NCBI RefSeq assembly: GCF_001194135.2
Contig: NC_068993.1
Location: 19,518,847 to 19,582,846, forward strand
Direction of reading: 5' to 3'
Origin: Octopus bimaculoides
Lineage: Eukaryota
DNA length: 64,000 nucleotides
Below are positions 25,434 through 39,374 of the stretch, piece by piece; position 1 is the stretch's first letter; each line of letters starts with the position of its first letter. Position numbers and translations under genes: made by a program. The notes below the pieces were generated by a model. That model worked only from the letters and a program-made list of their open reading frames with translations. It was not told the origin of the DNA and made no database searches.

Positions 25434-27525
25434 CTTTACATTAGGAAATAAGAAATATAAATGTTTATATGTTGAATTTGTATCATTAAATGCTGCTTCT
25501 ATCATATCTGACTTTCTTAAGGTCCCAGAATTGATCATTATCGATTTATTTGCACCGAGCACAAAGCCAATTTTTATAGATACCATATAGTCAATTTAGT
25601 AGAGACCACTATCAATGTACAGTTGTAAATACACATATCTTTAAAATATGCTTTGTTACATCTCTCTAGGTTTTGAATTTATATCCCTTCCTGCATCAAA
25701 CTTGAATTTCTATCACCGTAAAGGAAGCCGTCTGTTAAGCGTTATAGTTACTTGTTAAATTATGATCATTTTGACCCGAGCTACATTATTAGATATGCTC
25801 TGCTGAAGTGGTTGATATCTCTCTCACTTTATACTTATGCATTAATATAAGAATGTTTCTATCACATCTAACTTAAAAGCAGCACAAGAAGACATGTATG
25901 GAAATTAACAGGTGTTATTATGAAAACTACGACACATGTTAATCCATAAATATAGACTTAGAGGATGTAGCAGTTTTAATCGTAACTTCAAAGCTTTCTA
26001 AATTTGGTAGAAGGCCAAATATCAACTGAAAGACTTATAGTTAACTCGACTTCATTAGTACAGTGGTACATCGATCTCAGAAGAATGAAGGTCAAATTCT
26101 ATTCACCATTCGTACACGGGATGTAAAGTAACTAAATACTGCTAAGAATTTAGTTCTTGACGTTAATATTTCTACCGTAACAGAAATAGAATAGGCTTTT
26201 TCATCACATCGTTATTTTAATACATTTGGTTTATCCTACATCAACCTTTCCATAGATGTCCATCTAGAACACATGGTAGTAGCGAATCTTCTTTTGAATT
26301 CTGAATACACCAGGCAAAAAGAAATAATAATAATATATAAATAATCTAATGGATCGTCTTAATTGAGAATCTATTTATGAATGATTGTTTTGATGAAAGC
26401 AATTAAAAAAGGCTATGATATGATTTTAAATAATTTTTTCTTAAACTTATAATATCTGGCTAGATTTCCATGCACAAAAGATTCATTACATGAATTAGTG
26501 TGTATCGATTAATAAAATCTAATTTCGAGACATGTTAATATTTCATCAGTCATCAACAGGAATAATTGACGAGAAATCTTCACAACTATTGAAACATTGA
26601 AAAGGCGATTCTATTTATAGTTTCTGTTTTTATACTTTTATTTTTTCCTTTCTTTTCTTTTAAAACTTTCATTAATTTCTGCGTATCTATAGTCCGCAAA
26701 TTTTTATTGCCTTTCATGTGTGGAATTTCATATTAGAGTGATAGATAAAATGTGGTATATTCACAAATAATATTTTACAGAAATTTAGTGGCAGCTTCAG
26801 AATAATTTATTGTTTGTGTTAAGGGCAGCGCGTGATGATCTAATGCCAGGTCTAGCAAACGTAATCGTATATATGGCGCACTACAAAACACATATATGAT
26901 ATATCTGTTTATTTTAAATACAATCTACAATTTGTAAACATTATTAATAGTTGTTTAAAAATAGGACATTTATTTTTATTGAAAAAAAAACAGCGCCCAA
27001 ATTTACCTTATAATAAGTGTGAAGGCTACTGAATTTATATATGAATGGTAAGCATCAGAAAGGCAAGAGAAGCATCAAATTTAAGGTGGTAAAGTAACTC
27101 TAAATGAATTGTACAGATTAAAAGTAAACATCCAGTATTTTTCCTTATAAAGACAGATTTTTCATATGGTTCAATGGTATTTTCTTCAGCGAAATTTACT
27201 CCTATTAACTCATCAACATATATAGCATCCTAACTATAAGTACGGATTATCGAAAACAATAATCTTAAAAGAGAAAGACACTAATAAGATTTGAATGATA
27301 GGGCATAAAAATCTGTTGTCCCACATTCTACTGTTTGCAAGCAGTAGATATTAAAACATCATATTGATTTCATTGCTAAAAAACAAATTATATTTTGATA
27401 TGTTTTACAGGATCGGTTGAATGTGATTTTATGACATCCATGCATCGTGTAACAGCATTGAAAATTAGAATATTGCTGCAAGCACCAGGATGTGTAGTCT
27501 TTATGTTGTTTTACCTTGAACTTAC

Positions 27526-27660
27526 CTCTAATTTACGATAGTCACATCTGACAATATACAATCCTTCTGACCAAGCACAACTACCAAGTTTATATGCATG
27601 AATCACACTCATATTAACAGCAGTATATTATTAGTAATCAATCTTTTAATTAATTTTTGC
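27526..27660 (-). CDS. Candidate 135-nt exon; coding part 27612-27526 is MSVIHAYKLGSCAWSEGLYIVRCDYRKLE
   Basis: Strong acceptor TTGATTTTCATACAG|G and perfect donor GAG|GTAAGT. The C-x10-C..R.L pattern resembles an LRR N-cap. Confidence 0.35.
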
Positions 27661-28988
27661 CTGTATGAAAATCAAATTTAAATTTAATATGCAGTTTTTT
27701 GAGATGAAGCTAAATCTTGTAATGTTTTGCGATCTCCGTTACTCTCAAATAAGAGGGGAAAAAATTACTATTCTAAAGGCTTTACGACTCAATATAATAT
27801 TCTGGCATTTATTTCTCTAGTGTTTTCCAATGATATCATGAAACATAAAGTTTAATATTAGCAAAATATTTCTGTAAAGGTGTATAATATTAAAATCTGA
27901 GTACTTTCACTGCTGTATAATCAGATGCTCTCAAAATGCAAAGCGTTAAAATTTATTTTATTTTCATTACTGCTAATTACTATTTCGTAAAGGGTATGAA
28001 ATAAATTTATTTTATTAGATATTTAAAGTCCCATTTACTTTTTATTCTTTAAATAACAGGTCATATATTACTTTCTGTTTCAATTGTCATTTAGCGGGCG
28101 GATGTTCTGAAGCCTGTAACTTCTCAGAATAATAATAACTTTTATTTTTAATGTTTTACGATGATGTTACATTTACGCATTTTCGGAGGCAGGCTTTATT
28201 GGATTAAATCCACCTAGAACACGGACTAAGTAGCACATTACATTTAGTTTCATCTTCTTTGCATTTCAGCTGACAAATATGTCTGAATATAAAATATTGT
28301 TTTAGAAGTATTAAGGAATATTTATATATTGCTTTACATATGCATGTGTAAATGCTAACAGAAAGAATTCGGGAGCAATAGTGTCTTTGGATATTGCAAA
28401 ACATATCAAAGAACTATTCTGTGAGCTTATCGGTGTTTTATTGTATTTCGCTGCCTGTGACATATGTTTTTGTATTCGACAATTTAATCGGCTCTACTGG
28501 CTGAGCTGATTTCGAATAAGTCTTTTGGAGGCTTAATATATAGTCTTATAATGAGTTACAGAAATTTGTTTAATGTAAAATCTTAAGTCACATGTAGAGA
28601 AGGCGTGTAAATACTTGGCAATGCTCGACCACACACAACGCAATTCAGCTATAATAGCAACAGAGGCCTGAATAATGATGGGCGTAAGATCACCTATATT
28701 TTAAAGAGTACTGTTGCAGCAAAGTGTTTGTTGTAACATAAGTTGTTGGTAACAGGGTTCTTGGCAGCATACTCACAGCAGATTTTCTTTTCCATAGTAG
28801 ACAGCGCTTCTATTTAGAATATTATTATTGGAAAATATTTTCTAGCCTGTCTTATTTGTGATGACTTTAGGTGGGAATGTATGTGCGCATGATACTACTT
28901 GCAACTGCTATAACCTATTTGGCTTTTACTTTGTCTTTTGCTTTGGAAATATTAGACCAATCAATTATTAGAAGGCGGTATCTATATC

Positions 28989-29048
28989 CGGTTGTTCCGT
29001 TCATCGGATTGACTGGAACCCCTGGTCGTAGTAGCCGACAGAGTGCCA
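28989..29048 (+). mobile_element. SINE family C 3' fragment
   Basis: Similar to 13752-13808. Confidence 0.6.
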
Positions 29049-30225
29049 GTGAATGTGTGAGAGATTTATTTGTTCCTAGTTAATCTTCCTAGGGAATCTC
29101 TCTCAGTATATCATGCAAAGGTAGATTATGTTTTGTACAAAACAGCTAAAGTTCGATATTATATTTTGCAAGTACATATTTTCCCAGTGGTTATATTTTG
29201 TCAATTTCTGCTTACCCATTTACCCTGTTTATTTAAATTTGATAAAAATATTATTTTTATTTGATAAATTTCGTTTTACTTAGTTGTGAATTGTGAAGTT
29301 CCTAGATTTCGTTTCTACATCTCGTTTCAGCAGAAGCTCATTGGTAAATCTCGGCGTCTGACCATTAGTAAGTAGGAACTACAATCCTGATTCAGACATT
29401 TTTTTGTGTAGCTATAGAAATTCTCTTGCAGAAAGTTAGATAGAAAAGGGACACTTTGTTGTATTTTACACATATGGTTTGAAAATACTGCCATAAGTTT
29501 AAAGTTTAGGCAAGTCGTAGAAAGAGCAAGGAACTTTGCTGTTATGCAAATTGAGTTCAAATTTAAAACCACTTTTATGTGACATAGGGAATAAAAATTT
29601 CTTTCTTTTTTTTTTTGCATTTCTTAGGCTTTTTGTTAGTAATTTTGGAATTAGATTCGTATCAAAGTAAGGTGTCTGAGATCAATTTACTGATGTTCTG
29701 AACTTGCTTCAGTTGAACATTTCTCACTCTCTTGTGATTTGAGTGTTGATCTCTAAATTTAGTAAGGTGTTAGTCTATCGTTGTTGCTGCTGGTGATGAC
29801 TGTATGAAATTAATCATACTTGTTGACTTCTAGTCACCCATATCTTCCTGCTACTGTCACTTGTATTCCACCAACGCTCCTGTCATAATATCAGGAACCT
29901 TTTTCTATTCTGTCTATATTAGCTGACTGGCATACTGCCCTCTCTAAACACGCTTTTATTTCTTTCTAACCATGAAACTCAGTCTTACTCAGTATTTAGC
30001 TTGCTATCACTCTCTTTATCCTAATTAGATGCTTTGACAACTACCACATTTTAGATATGTCGAATATTCCACTTGTACGACAACTATTACTTAAGAGCCA
30101 TATAACTCTTGAGATCAGGTGTCTGGAAGGAGCTTGTCTATTCTATGCGGAGAACTCTTGGAAGTATATGTGCTTTAGATTTTGTCCGCGATAGATATTG
30201 TACCAAGGTCTTTCTTTTGTATATT

Positions 30226-30490
30226 TTAGTTCACATCTGTCAAATAGTTAAACCTCATAATAATAAACTCGGAAAGGTATTTTAATAGTTGCGTTTCACT
30301 TAGAGAAGTTAATGATATAGGACACAGCTTGTAGCTGTTCAAGAAGAATAAGTGTGTGATTCTCACCGATCTTGGTGGGTCTGCGTAGACCACTGGCGTA
30401 GCATCTTTCTCCTGGACAAACGAATACAAAAAAGAAACCAATAAATCAACTGTCAAAAGTAACGTATCATCAACTAAAACCTTCTGCATA
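30226..30490 (-). pseudogene. Possible decayed CR1/L2-type RT fragment
   Basis: NSYKLCPISLTS resembles NYRPISLTS; only one motif supports the call. Confidence 0.25.
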
Positions 30491-30653
30491 CTACTTTATC
30501 ATCGGCAGGGCAACACTCCCAAAGGAAAAGATACTTATGTGCAGGGCACTGCATAGCCAGCACGCTGTCTCACATCATAAATTGCAGCTTGACCAAATTG
30601 TTTGCCCAGAAGTAATTTCCTAAACAGCTAGCCTTGTGCAAAACTTAGAAATC

Positions 30654-31045
30654 AAGGCGGCCAACTGGCAGAATCGTTATCATGTCCAGCTGTACGTTCT
30701 GAATTCAAATGCTGCCAATGTCAACTTTACTTTTCATATTCGGATTCAATAAAATAAAATACTGATCAGGTGAAGAATTTGATGTAATCAACTAAATCCT
30801 CTGCCCCAAAATTGTGACTTCGTGCCAATATTTGCTATCAAAGTTACGAGCTGGCAGAATTGTTAATGTGTCTGTCAAAAGTGCTTGGCAGTAATTATTC
30901 TGACTACGAGTTTAAAGGTCTCCGAAATTGTCTGTCTTTCTTCATTGGGGTCGATAAAATAGGAACCAGGAGAGCACTGGGTTTGATGAAATCGACTTAG
31001 CCCCTCTACTAAAAATTGCTGGCCTTGTGACAAAATCTGAAGCCA
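30654..31045 (+). mobile_element. Two tandem SINE family A copies
   Basis: Heads at 30654 (GGCGGCCAACTGGCAGAATCG) and about 30845 (GAGCTGGCAGAATTG). Each is followed by the GTCGATAAAA-type core. Confidence 0.8.
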
Positions 31046-31049
31046 CCAT

Positions 31050-31066
31050 TTTTATTGCTATCGTCG

Positions 31067-31105
<39 letters not shown>

Positions 31106-31111
31106 ATGTCA

Positions 31112-31143
<32 letters not shown>

Positions 31144-31145
31144 TT
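31050..31145. repeat. (TCA)n/(TCG)n trinucleotide repeat
   Basis: Read directly. Confidence 0.95.
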
Positions 31146-31810
31146 TCTGTTAGTGTTGGTAACGTTGCGTTGTGGCTGGATCGTTGAGGCTGGATCGTTG
31201 CTCACTGTGTTTGCTTCGACGGAAAATCGCGAAGGGTTTGGTAAAAGTCTAGAAACGTTTTATAAACGAAAAAGTTAATATACTACATATACCGTCCCGG
31301 ATCGACAATACTTATAGTATGTATCGGTAATGTACCTCACAGTTCGGAACGAAAATAAAGCAGTTAGTATAATAGGTATGTCATGAAATTGAGTATTCAT
31401 AAGGCTGGAACTTAAACTTCGTTTCAGGATGTATAAATGACTGAAATTACAACATGTCACTCTTGAACGGGAGTTACAACTGAGGGCATTGGAGCAACGT
31501 TAAATGAAATACTTTGATTAAGAACACAACACAGCACCCAGTCTAGGAAACGAAAGCACTATCTTATAATTGTGAGAACAATACGCCTGATCACTGTTAT
31601 AAGACATTGAAACAAATTTCACAGCAATTTTATTGTCCACGATAGCATCAGATTTACTTTCACATTCAGGCTAGTTACGTTCTGTGAAAGATTGAAATCC
31701 GTTGATTACCACAGTTAGCAGATAAGGAATGACTGCGCTCATGGTTGCTTTAAGTATAGATATATACATACGTATAAATATACGCATAAATATGTATATA
31801 CATGTATGCA

Positions 31811-31873
<63 letters not shown>

Positions 31874-32393
31874 NNNNNNNNNNNNNNNNNNNNNNNNNNN
31901 NNNNNNNNNNNNNNNNNNNNNNNNNNNNNNNNNNNNNNNNNNNNNNNNNNNNNNNNNNNNNNNNNNNNNNNNNNNNNNNNNNNNNNNNNNNNNNNNNNNN
32001 NNNNNNNNNNNNNNNNNNNNNNNNNNNNNNNNNTATATAAACGCTTGTGTGTCTAAATGTATGTTCTATTACATAAGAAGCAATGCTCTCATTTAAGTGC
32101 TCAATGCATCGCATTATACAGACTTGCATGATTTATACAAACATACATACACACATATATACATACATACACACACAAATGCGTACATACACACACAATG
32201 CATACATGCGCATATGCATTCCCGTGCCCATGGATACATACATAAACATAATATATATGTGTGTGAGTTTTTGTGTAGTCAGTGACATGCCAACAGCTTT
32301 GTGATGAACAGTTTGAGATATCATGTATAGTGTGTCTTTTCACGAAGTAGCTGCATGGGTTTGTGTACGTAGCCGCACATGTATGCACACATG

Positions 32394-32456
<63 letters not shown>

Positions 32457-32584
32457 ACTTAAACAGATATTTATGTATGCATGTGTGCATAATTGTCTTT
32501 ATATAATTATTTTACTGGTCTAATATTAGTCGATAGTACCATCTACTGTTGTCAGACATTTGCAATTCTTTTCTCTGATATGTA

Positions 32585-33845
32585 TCTGGCTGAATAAAAA
32601 GTAAGCAACGTTTTGAAACATGAAATTCATTGCAATATATTTCAACAATGCGGAAATTTTATTCATCAAATAAGTACCATTAGAATCAACACATTTTTGC
32701 CAACGAGTTACAAGTTTGTTTATTCCGGTAACATAGAAATGTGGAGTTCTGGAGCTGATGAACTCGTTGAACGTACTTTCAGCATCGGTTTGACTTTTGA
32801 ACTCCTCTCGCAGGAGGCAATCAAGGTGCTGGAAAAAGTGGTAGTCGCTAATAGAAAGGTCGGGGGAATAAACTGGGTGGGGAAGAACTTCGTAGCCAAG
32901 ATCCCTCAACTTCTGGAGCGTCATTTATGAAACGTATGGTCGTTAGTTGTTAGGAAGAATGATTGGCCCTCTTCTGTTGACCAGTCTGGGACGGAGGAGT
33001 AGCAGTTTTTCGTTCATTTTGGCAATTTCATGGCAGTATTTCTGCAGTGATGGTTTTCCGGGTTTTAAGAAGTTATAATGGATGAGTCCAGCAGTACACT
33101 ATCAAAGAGTCACCATAACGTTCTTTTTGAAGAGCTCGGGTTTAGGGAAGGTTTTAAGTGCTTCATTTTGGTTCAACCACTGCGAAGAACGTTTTTTATT
33201 ATTATTGTACAGAATCTACATTTCCTCACAAGTTACAATACGGTTGAAAAATGGAGATGCGACTAGCAAATTTCATATCTTCGCATTTTCTGATTTTCAT
33301 TTAAATCGTGTGTTACCCATTTGTCAAGCTTTTTTGATTTTTCGATTGCATGCAAATGGTTGCAGGTAGTTTTCTGTCTAACTTGAAGTTCTTTTGTCAG
33401 TTCTCGAGTGGTTTGACGTGTATCTTTTTCAATGAAGGTCTTTAATTGACCGTCATCGATGACAGATAGGCGTCCACTACGCTCACGATCATCAAGACTC
33501 AAGTCTCCACTGCGAATTCGTTTAAACCCTTTTCGAGCTGACCACTCACTGGTCATTTCCTCACCAAACGTTTCGTTGATATGGTGAGCAGTTTCAGCTG
33601 CTTTACGTCCTTTTTTGAAGTTGCATAGGAAAATGGCTCGAATATCGCGCTTTGACATTTCCGTTTCAGATGGTTGTAGCAACGGTGAAAAAAAAATCAA
33701 TGTTTATTTATTGATGCATTTGGGCAGGTTTATGTCTGTATTATCAGAGAATTGCAAAAAATGTTTCTAAAAATTCAAAACTCTGCAAAAATCCGGTACA
33801 AATTCTTCATAGTTCAAAACGTTGCTTACTTTTTACTCAACCTGA
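32585..33845 (-). mobile_element. Full-length defective mariner (DD34D, cecropia/Hsmar1-like) with TIRs and TA target-site duplication
   Basis: TA|TCTGGCTGAATAAAAAGTAAGCAACGTTTTGAA at the left end and TTCAAAACGTTGCTTACTTTTTACTCAACCTGA|TA at the right; 1261 bp. ORF pieces are MSKRDIRAIFL..GRKAAET..KKLDKWVTHDL and HPVYSPDLSISDYHFF..RWQKCVDSNGTY. It has internal stops and a damaged DNARPH motif. Confidence 0.93.
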
Positions 33846-35109
33846 TAGCTCAACAGGTTTATTCCAATTCTTAAATTAAAACTTCGAGCCTTATCTACGG
33901 TAGATTGTGGTACCTACTGCCAACAGTAGCATTTCCATACTCACCATGTAAACTTTAGTTAACTTTTACATTTTGCTTGTCAACAAATTCGATTTTTTTC
34001 TCATAGGTTGAACAGGATTATATTACATTTGAAGGTTTTTTTTAATGTTGTTATTAGCAGGAGTAATTGAGTTTTGATGTCGAACTGAATATGTTGTTTT
34101 CTTTAAATCAACTTTTCTGCAGTATTCCAGTGTAGCAGATTGAATCTCTGTCGCATATCCTTTTGTTTAGGAAGATTTTCACTTCTTGTTACTGACATGG
34201 TTCATTGAAACGTTGATATATATTATATTTTGCTATTTCGTTTGTATATGGCTGGCACTTGTATTCAAATCTACAATGCTGTGTTAATATACACACTGCT
34301 AGTGACGTAGTCCTTTAAGCGGACAAATGTGTTTTTTTTCCTTCATGATTTCAGCTTGTTCATTTCCTTTATATTGTTAGAAACACTAGGATAAACATCT
34401 CTGAAAAGTTTGTGTCAAAAGGTTTGAATTTAGATTTATGCGGAGGTGGACATTTTCAAACGCCGAATTCATATTTCCTCCTCTTAGGTGGAAGCACTTT
34501 TGTAGCTACAAATGTAGTTTAGAACTAAATCGGCATTGAACTTTGTCTCAAATTTTCCTGTTAATATAACTGTTGTGACTCGTCTTCTGCTTTTTTGAGC
34601 TTTAACTCAATATTTTGTTGAGAATGCCGTTTTGACCTAATTCAAAATGGGTTCTATATGTGACTCTTCCGGCTTTTGTTTGATCATGTATCTCTGCTAC
34701 ATTAGTTGGTAATTCCTCCTTTATTTAAAAGACAGGTGTAAATTGAGGGTTATTTCGATGATATTTCTACTAAATCGAGTGATGACGTAGGAGACTCACT
34801 TGTCAGTTTCTGACCTCGTAAGTTATACCTAATTAATTCTGATTTAATTTCCGTGTTGTATTATATTACCATCGCTAGTTTGTGATAGGAAATAATGCAT
34901 TTTATAACCTACTGCACAGGTTTCATATTCGAGTAACCTTTTATTTTTCTCTGACTCTATGTTTTTTTCTTTCTCGTCATGCAAAATTTACTCTGTGTAG
35001 TTTATTTATCAGCTTCATCCATTACGTTTAAAATTTTATTTCATTTTAAATTTCATGTACTAAATTAGTTGAATGCATTTTATAATCTAGCGTTTTTGTT
35101 TTTGACTAG

Positions 35110-35665
35110 CATTCCTTTGTCTTGTGCTTCATTCATGCAAGTTATTCTAAAGGTCATTCTGAAAGGGTGTGGAACAAAGACCTGTCGGCAATCATGACTA
35201 ACATCGATTTCAAGGAGGCATCTCATACAACTAACCAAGAAAAACCGTCGTGTTTTGAAGCGTGTGGCATTCATTAGGAGTTAGAACAAGCTTTCAGCAG
35301 CTTATACAGGAACACTCGATGCAAAGTCATCTCATTTTACATGAGACAGACAATGCCAACATCAAAACCGATGTGATTATAAGTACATTATCATTCCTTG
35401 CCTCATTTGAACTCGATTATGTGCTGAGTAAGTCCATCATTGGTTGTGAGGTCTGGTTCATTTTGGGCACCAGAAAAAAAATCTTCGTGTGCCAAATGTT
35501 ACAAATGCTGAACTTGATATTGAACTCAATATCTCGCTCGTGATAAGTAATGTTTTTAAACACAAAAGATCTTTAAAGGGAACTCCAATGGACGAAGTAA
35601 CACAGTTTTACAGCTTTTCCTAAAGCACATACAATAAGCATGTGTTGATGATGTTTGCATTATTA
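35110..35665 (+). pseudogene. Probable decayed hAT (Charlie/SPIN, GTF2IRD2-like) transposase C-terminal region
   Basis: Across frameshifts: WNKDLSAIMTNI (cf. W..DLAFL.DI), HLIQL, NKL...SSHF, ELDIEL, TQFY and LMMFALLSS (cf. MF..FGS). The motifs occur in the expected order. Confidence 0.5.
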
Positions 35666-35984
35666 AGCTCCTTCGAACACAAAATTTTAATTTTATTTTC
35701 CTTGTGCAACACATATCCGCATACGCAAACAGTATTTTATGCTATTTGTGTAACTACCTGTAGCAGGCCAATACAGGGGGTTTCGGAGGTGGAAGAGTAA
35801 CATTGAGAGCGGAAATGATAGTAAAATATTGATATCTATCACTGTCTTTCACTTTCGGGGCGATTTCATTTCGCCTAAGTGTGAGGTATGCTAATTTTTT
35901 AAAAATAATACGTTTTTAAACGGGTCTCGCCTGAATGAAGTACAGCAACTTTACTATCTTTACTAATGCACAGACGTTGTCTAT

Positions 35985-35991
35985 GTGTATG

Positions 35992-36023
<32 letters not shown>

Positions 36024-36140
36024 TGCATGTATGTATGTATGTATGTATGTATTATGTTTGCATGCATATATTCCATTACTTTTTTATTCTTTTACTCGTT
36101 TCAGTCACTTGACTGCGGCCATGCTGGAGCACCGCCTTAA
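35985..36140 (-). mobile_element. (TATG)n plus SINE family B 3' tail
   Basis: TTTTACTCGTTTCAGTCACTTGACTGCGGCCATGCTGGAGCACCGCC. Confidence 0.75.
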
Positions 36141-37489
36141 GGTATTTACGTTCTTATTGTTTCTCTATTTAAGCATTTTGAACAAAGGATGCTGCTGGCA
36201 AAACGTGGAATTCTTTAAATTACTGCATTTAAAAATGAACAACGATATATTCCAAGATTCTTTTATTTTACTTTGTTATTGACCTGTTCTTTCGTATTTG
36301 TCATGTGAACCAAATACTGGAAGAATTGTCGAAGGAAATCTTTCATGAGATAAGTAGTACGCAGAAACGCATTCAAATAACAAACCTATGGGTGGTTTGT
36401 GTCTCCTGTGGTCTCCTGACTTGTCAGAAATATCAGCAAAATCTCCTTCGAATCATCCCGTATTGTCTTGTACAAGCAAAGTTGGAACAGGTAGTCTAAT
36501 CTTGGGCAACATTATGAATGAAAAATAAAAACAAATACAACATGGTCATTGTTGATCACAAATCTGTTCGATCAGGGCTGAGGCATAGCAAAAACTAAAT
36601 AAATACAAAGAATTACCGCAGCAGTAACAACAATAACAACCTCAATAGCAAAGATGTACATAACCCCACAGCAAAGTTACGTGTTGATTGCTAAAAGAAT
36701 TGTACAACGTATACAGTTTAAATTCATTTAAACATGACCTTGTACCTAATCCAGAAAACATATCAATATTTTCTACTTCCTAAAAACATTTATTGCCATG
36801 TTTACAATACGGTTATTTTTCGGCGTATATATCTATCTCATCAAGTAATATCACGACTCACTTCGCTGCAGTTAAAGCAAAGCTTTTTAAAAACTTGATT
36901 TGTTTCGTAAACATTAAAGTTATCTCAATTGATATGTTTAAGCGATTTCACAGTAGTGTAATTTTTATGGATTTTTATCGTTTGTTTTGCTTTGATTGAA
37001 GCATAAAAAAGCGATAATTTTTACATCAGTGAAATATTTAAAGCGAAAAAAAACGTAGAAAAAAAATTATTCTTTTCAGTTATCTGGTCGCATGATATAG
37101 AATATTAAAAATAGTAACGTATTAAATATATTAGAAAACATTAGCATTTAATGAGGACAAACCAATGTGTGTTGTGATACTTAAGAGGGGTACCACAAAT
37201 GGTGTGTTACTAACTCGCCAGACTAGTGTTTACTCAACTAAGTGTCTTTCATTTTATCCGAACTCCATTGGTTGCAATTATTACAGAACCAACTACCATG
37301 CCAGGAATTATACCTCGACTAGACACCAAACTATCAGAAGCAATATAGCAACACTACAAACTAAACAAATGTATCAAAATAATAGCTTTCCTAAATATAT
37401 ATTTTCAGTTCGGGAAAATTTATATTCATCGAGATGTGATCAAATAATAATCCTGTTTCGTTTAGACACAATGACAGCAATTTCTAGTG

Positions 37490-37880
37490 GGAAAGATTAA
37501 TCGGTAGCACTTCACTGGTACTTTATTTTATCGATTTGGGGGAGGATGAAACACAAAGGCATGCTCGGCGCGATTTGAACTCAGATTCTGAAGACTCGAG
37601 ACCAATATAGCAAATCAGTTTTGCCATTTTTGTAACAAGTTTGCTAATTCACCGAGTAAAAGAAATCAACACTTTTTACTATATATGTTTGAAATTTCTT
37701 TTGTTAGGTGGTCGGTCGATTACAAAGAATCCAGTTCTCAACTGGTACTTATTTTATCGAACCCCGAAACGATAAAAGCAAAGCCGACCTCAGAGGAATT
37801 CAAACTCAAAACGTAAAGACCGACGGAAATGTCGCTATGCATTTTGTCTGGCGTGCTGCCGATTCTGCCAGCTAGTCGCC
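37490..37880 (-). mobile_element. Two tandem SINE family A copies
   Basis: CTGGTACTT(T/A)ATTTTATCGA core at about 37515 and 37742; head ends CTGCCAGCTAGTCGCCTT. Confidence 0.8.
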
Positions 37881-39374
37881 TTCGATAAAGCAATGATAAC
37901 GACAATAGGCCAAACAAATATAACTAAAACATTACTGTATCTATATGAATCGTTGCTTATGGTGTTATCGACTATCTTACTGCGCAGTTGGTGCGAGAAA
38001 TGCAAAGTTTTATTTGTGAAGCACGACAGGACAGGAAAGTAACATACATTATTATTTTAGTGAATGATACTTTTTATTCTCTGAAGTTCATAATTATAGC
38101 TATAGCAATGCGATTATATTGTTGCAATAATACGACTGTCACATAAATGAATGACCCAAGAAAATTTCTCTCAGTTGCCTTCTGCATGAAGACCTTTGAG
38201 CTAAGTGGAATTAACATACTTAATGTAGTCAGTAAGCTCCTTAAAAATATTTTTAATTAACTAAAGTTACACCCGTATTTAAAGATACAAGTATTAACTT
38301 TAGAGATAATTGCTGTCAAGAAAAGCAAGGGAGTTAACTCTAAAATTCAAATTAATTCAATGTGTGCATGGCGTACTGAGGGAGCGAGTCTGATCTTTGG
38401 CAAGTACGGTAATGACCTCGGATATTTAACGTCTTATTAGTATCTTATTATTTTTCTGTGAAAGCTATTCTAACCTGTACGAAACCATACCGATGAGGAA
38501 AAGAAAAATCACAGCTCTTATCCTGAAAAGCAGTAAATCCGTACGGATTTCATGCAACCGGGTGAGAAACAATATTTCCGAGAACTCTAGTCTATTAAAT
38601 GACACTAATTACTATTTTATCGATGGATCTCATTTTCTACTCGAATTCCAAAACTCAAGTTAGCTATGACAAGATATTAATTAAAATCAGTAATTTGACA
38701 AATTATATACATAATTAATTTAATTGGATGCTTTATCACTATCGTCATCAAAAGAGAAAAATAATTCTGAATAAAATCAAGTGAAATATTGAAAGTCTAT
38801 AATCTCAACAATATAAATATTGTTATATTTGTAAATATTAGTTGAGGACATCATTCCATTGAAGTTTTTCCAAATCACTAAGGTTTAATGCCCCCCACCA
38901 TACATACCACTTTACGGACAATATATTCACGTCTTTGTTTACATGTGGGATTTGTTAACTCATGAGATAAAAGATTTTGGATCCAACTGATACTTTGAGC
39001 ATACTACACTTGAAACACGAGTAGAACACATAGCTTAATTTAGCAGTCATCATCGTACCCGCTCTTATTAACACAGCATTGTATCATTATTATTTATGAT
39101 AAAAAAAAAACTCATAGGTAGTAATAGTAAAATAAACCATAGGTAGTAATAATTTGTACTTCATTCAGAAGCAAATTTTAGACTACGAAAAGTATTGCCG
39201 TGAATTAGCGTTTATGATAATTTGAAGATATCAAATACTGTTAATCACAAACTGACGAAATAGTTCTGTTAATTTTGTTAAAAATTATTTCAAATACACC
39301 AATGAAAATCTTTTATCGCTAAATTTAATAACAGCAGGTGTTTACCTCCATTTACATGATTTTATCCCATATCT

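Noticed and set aside
26520-26560. Minus-strand CTGATGA...GAAA hammerhead-like string
   Set aside because: Stem II cannot pair and no stem I/III or GUH site is present.
35110-35260. Fanzor/TnpB RuvC-III-like motif: HSFVLC...RVWNKDLSAIMTNI...EKPSCF resembles HGLLRC...RLWNRDLAAVLNF...ERP..F
   Set aside because: There are no upstream RuvC-I/II or zinc-finger motifs. The same W..DL...NI segment is followed, in order, by several hAT/Charlie C-terminal motifs over the next 400 bp, which explains it better. HMM or HHpred comparison of the frame-corrected peptide against TnpB and hAT profiles would settle it.
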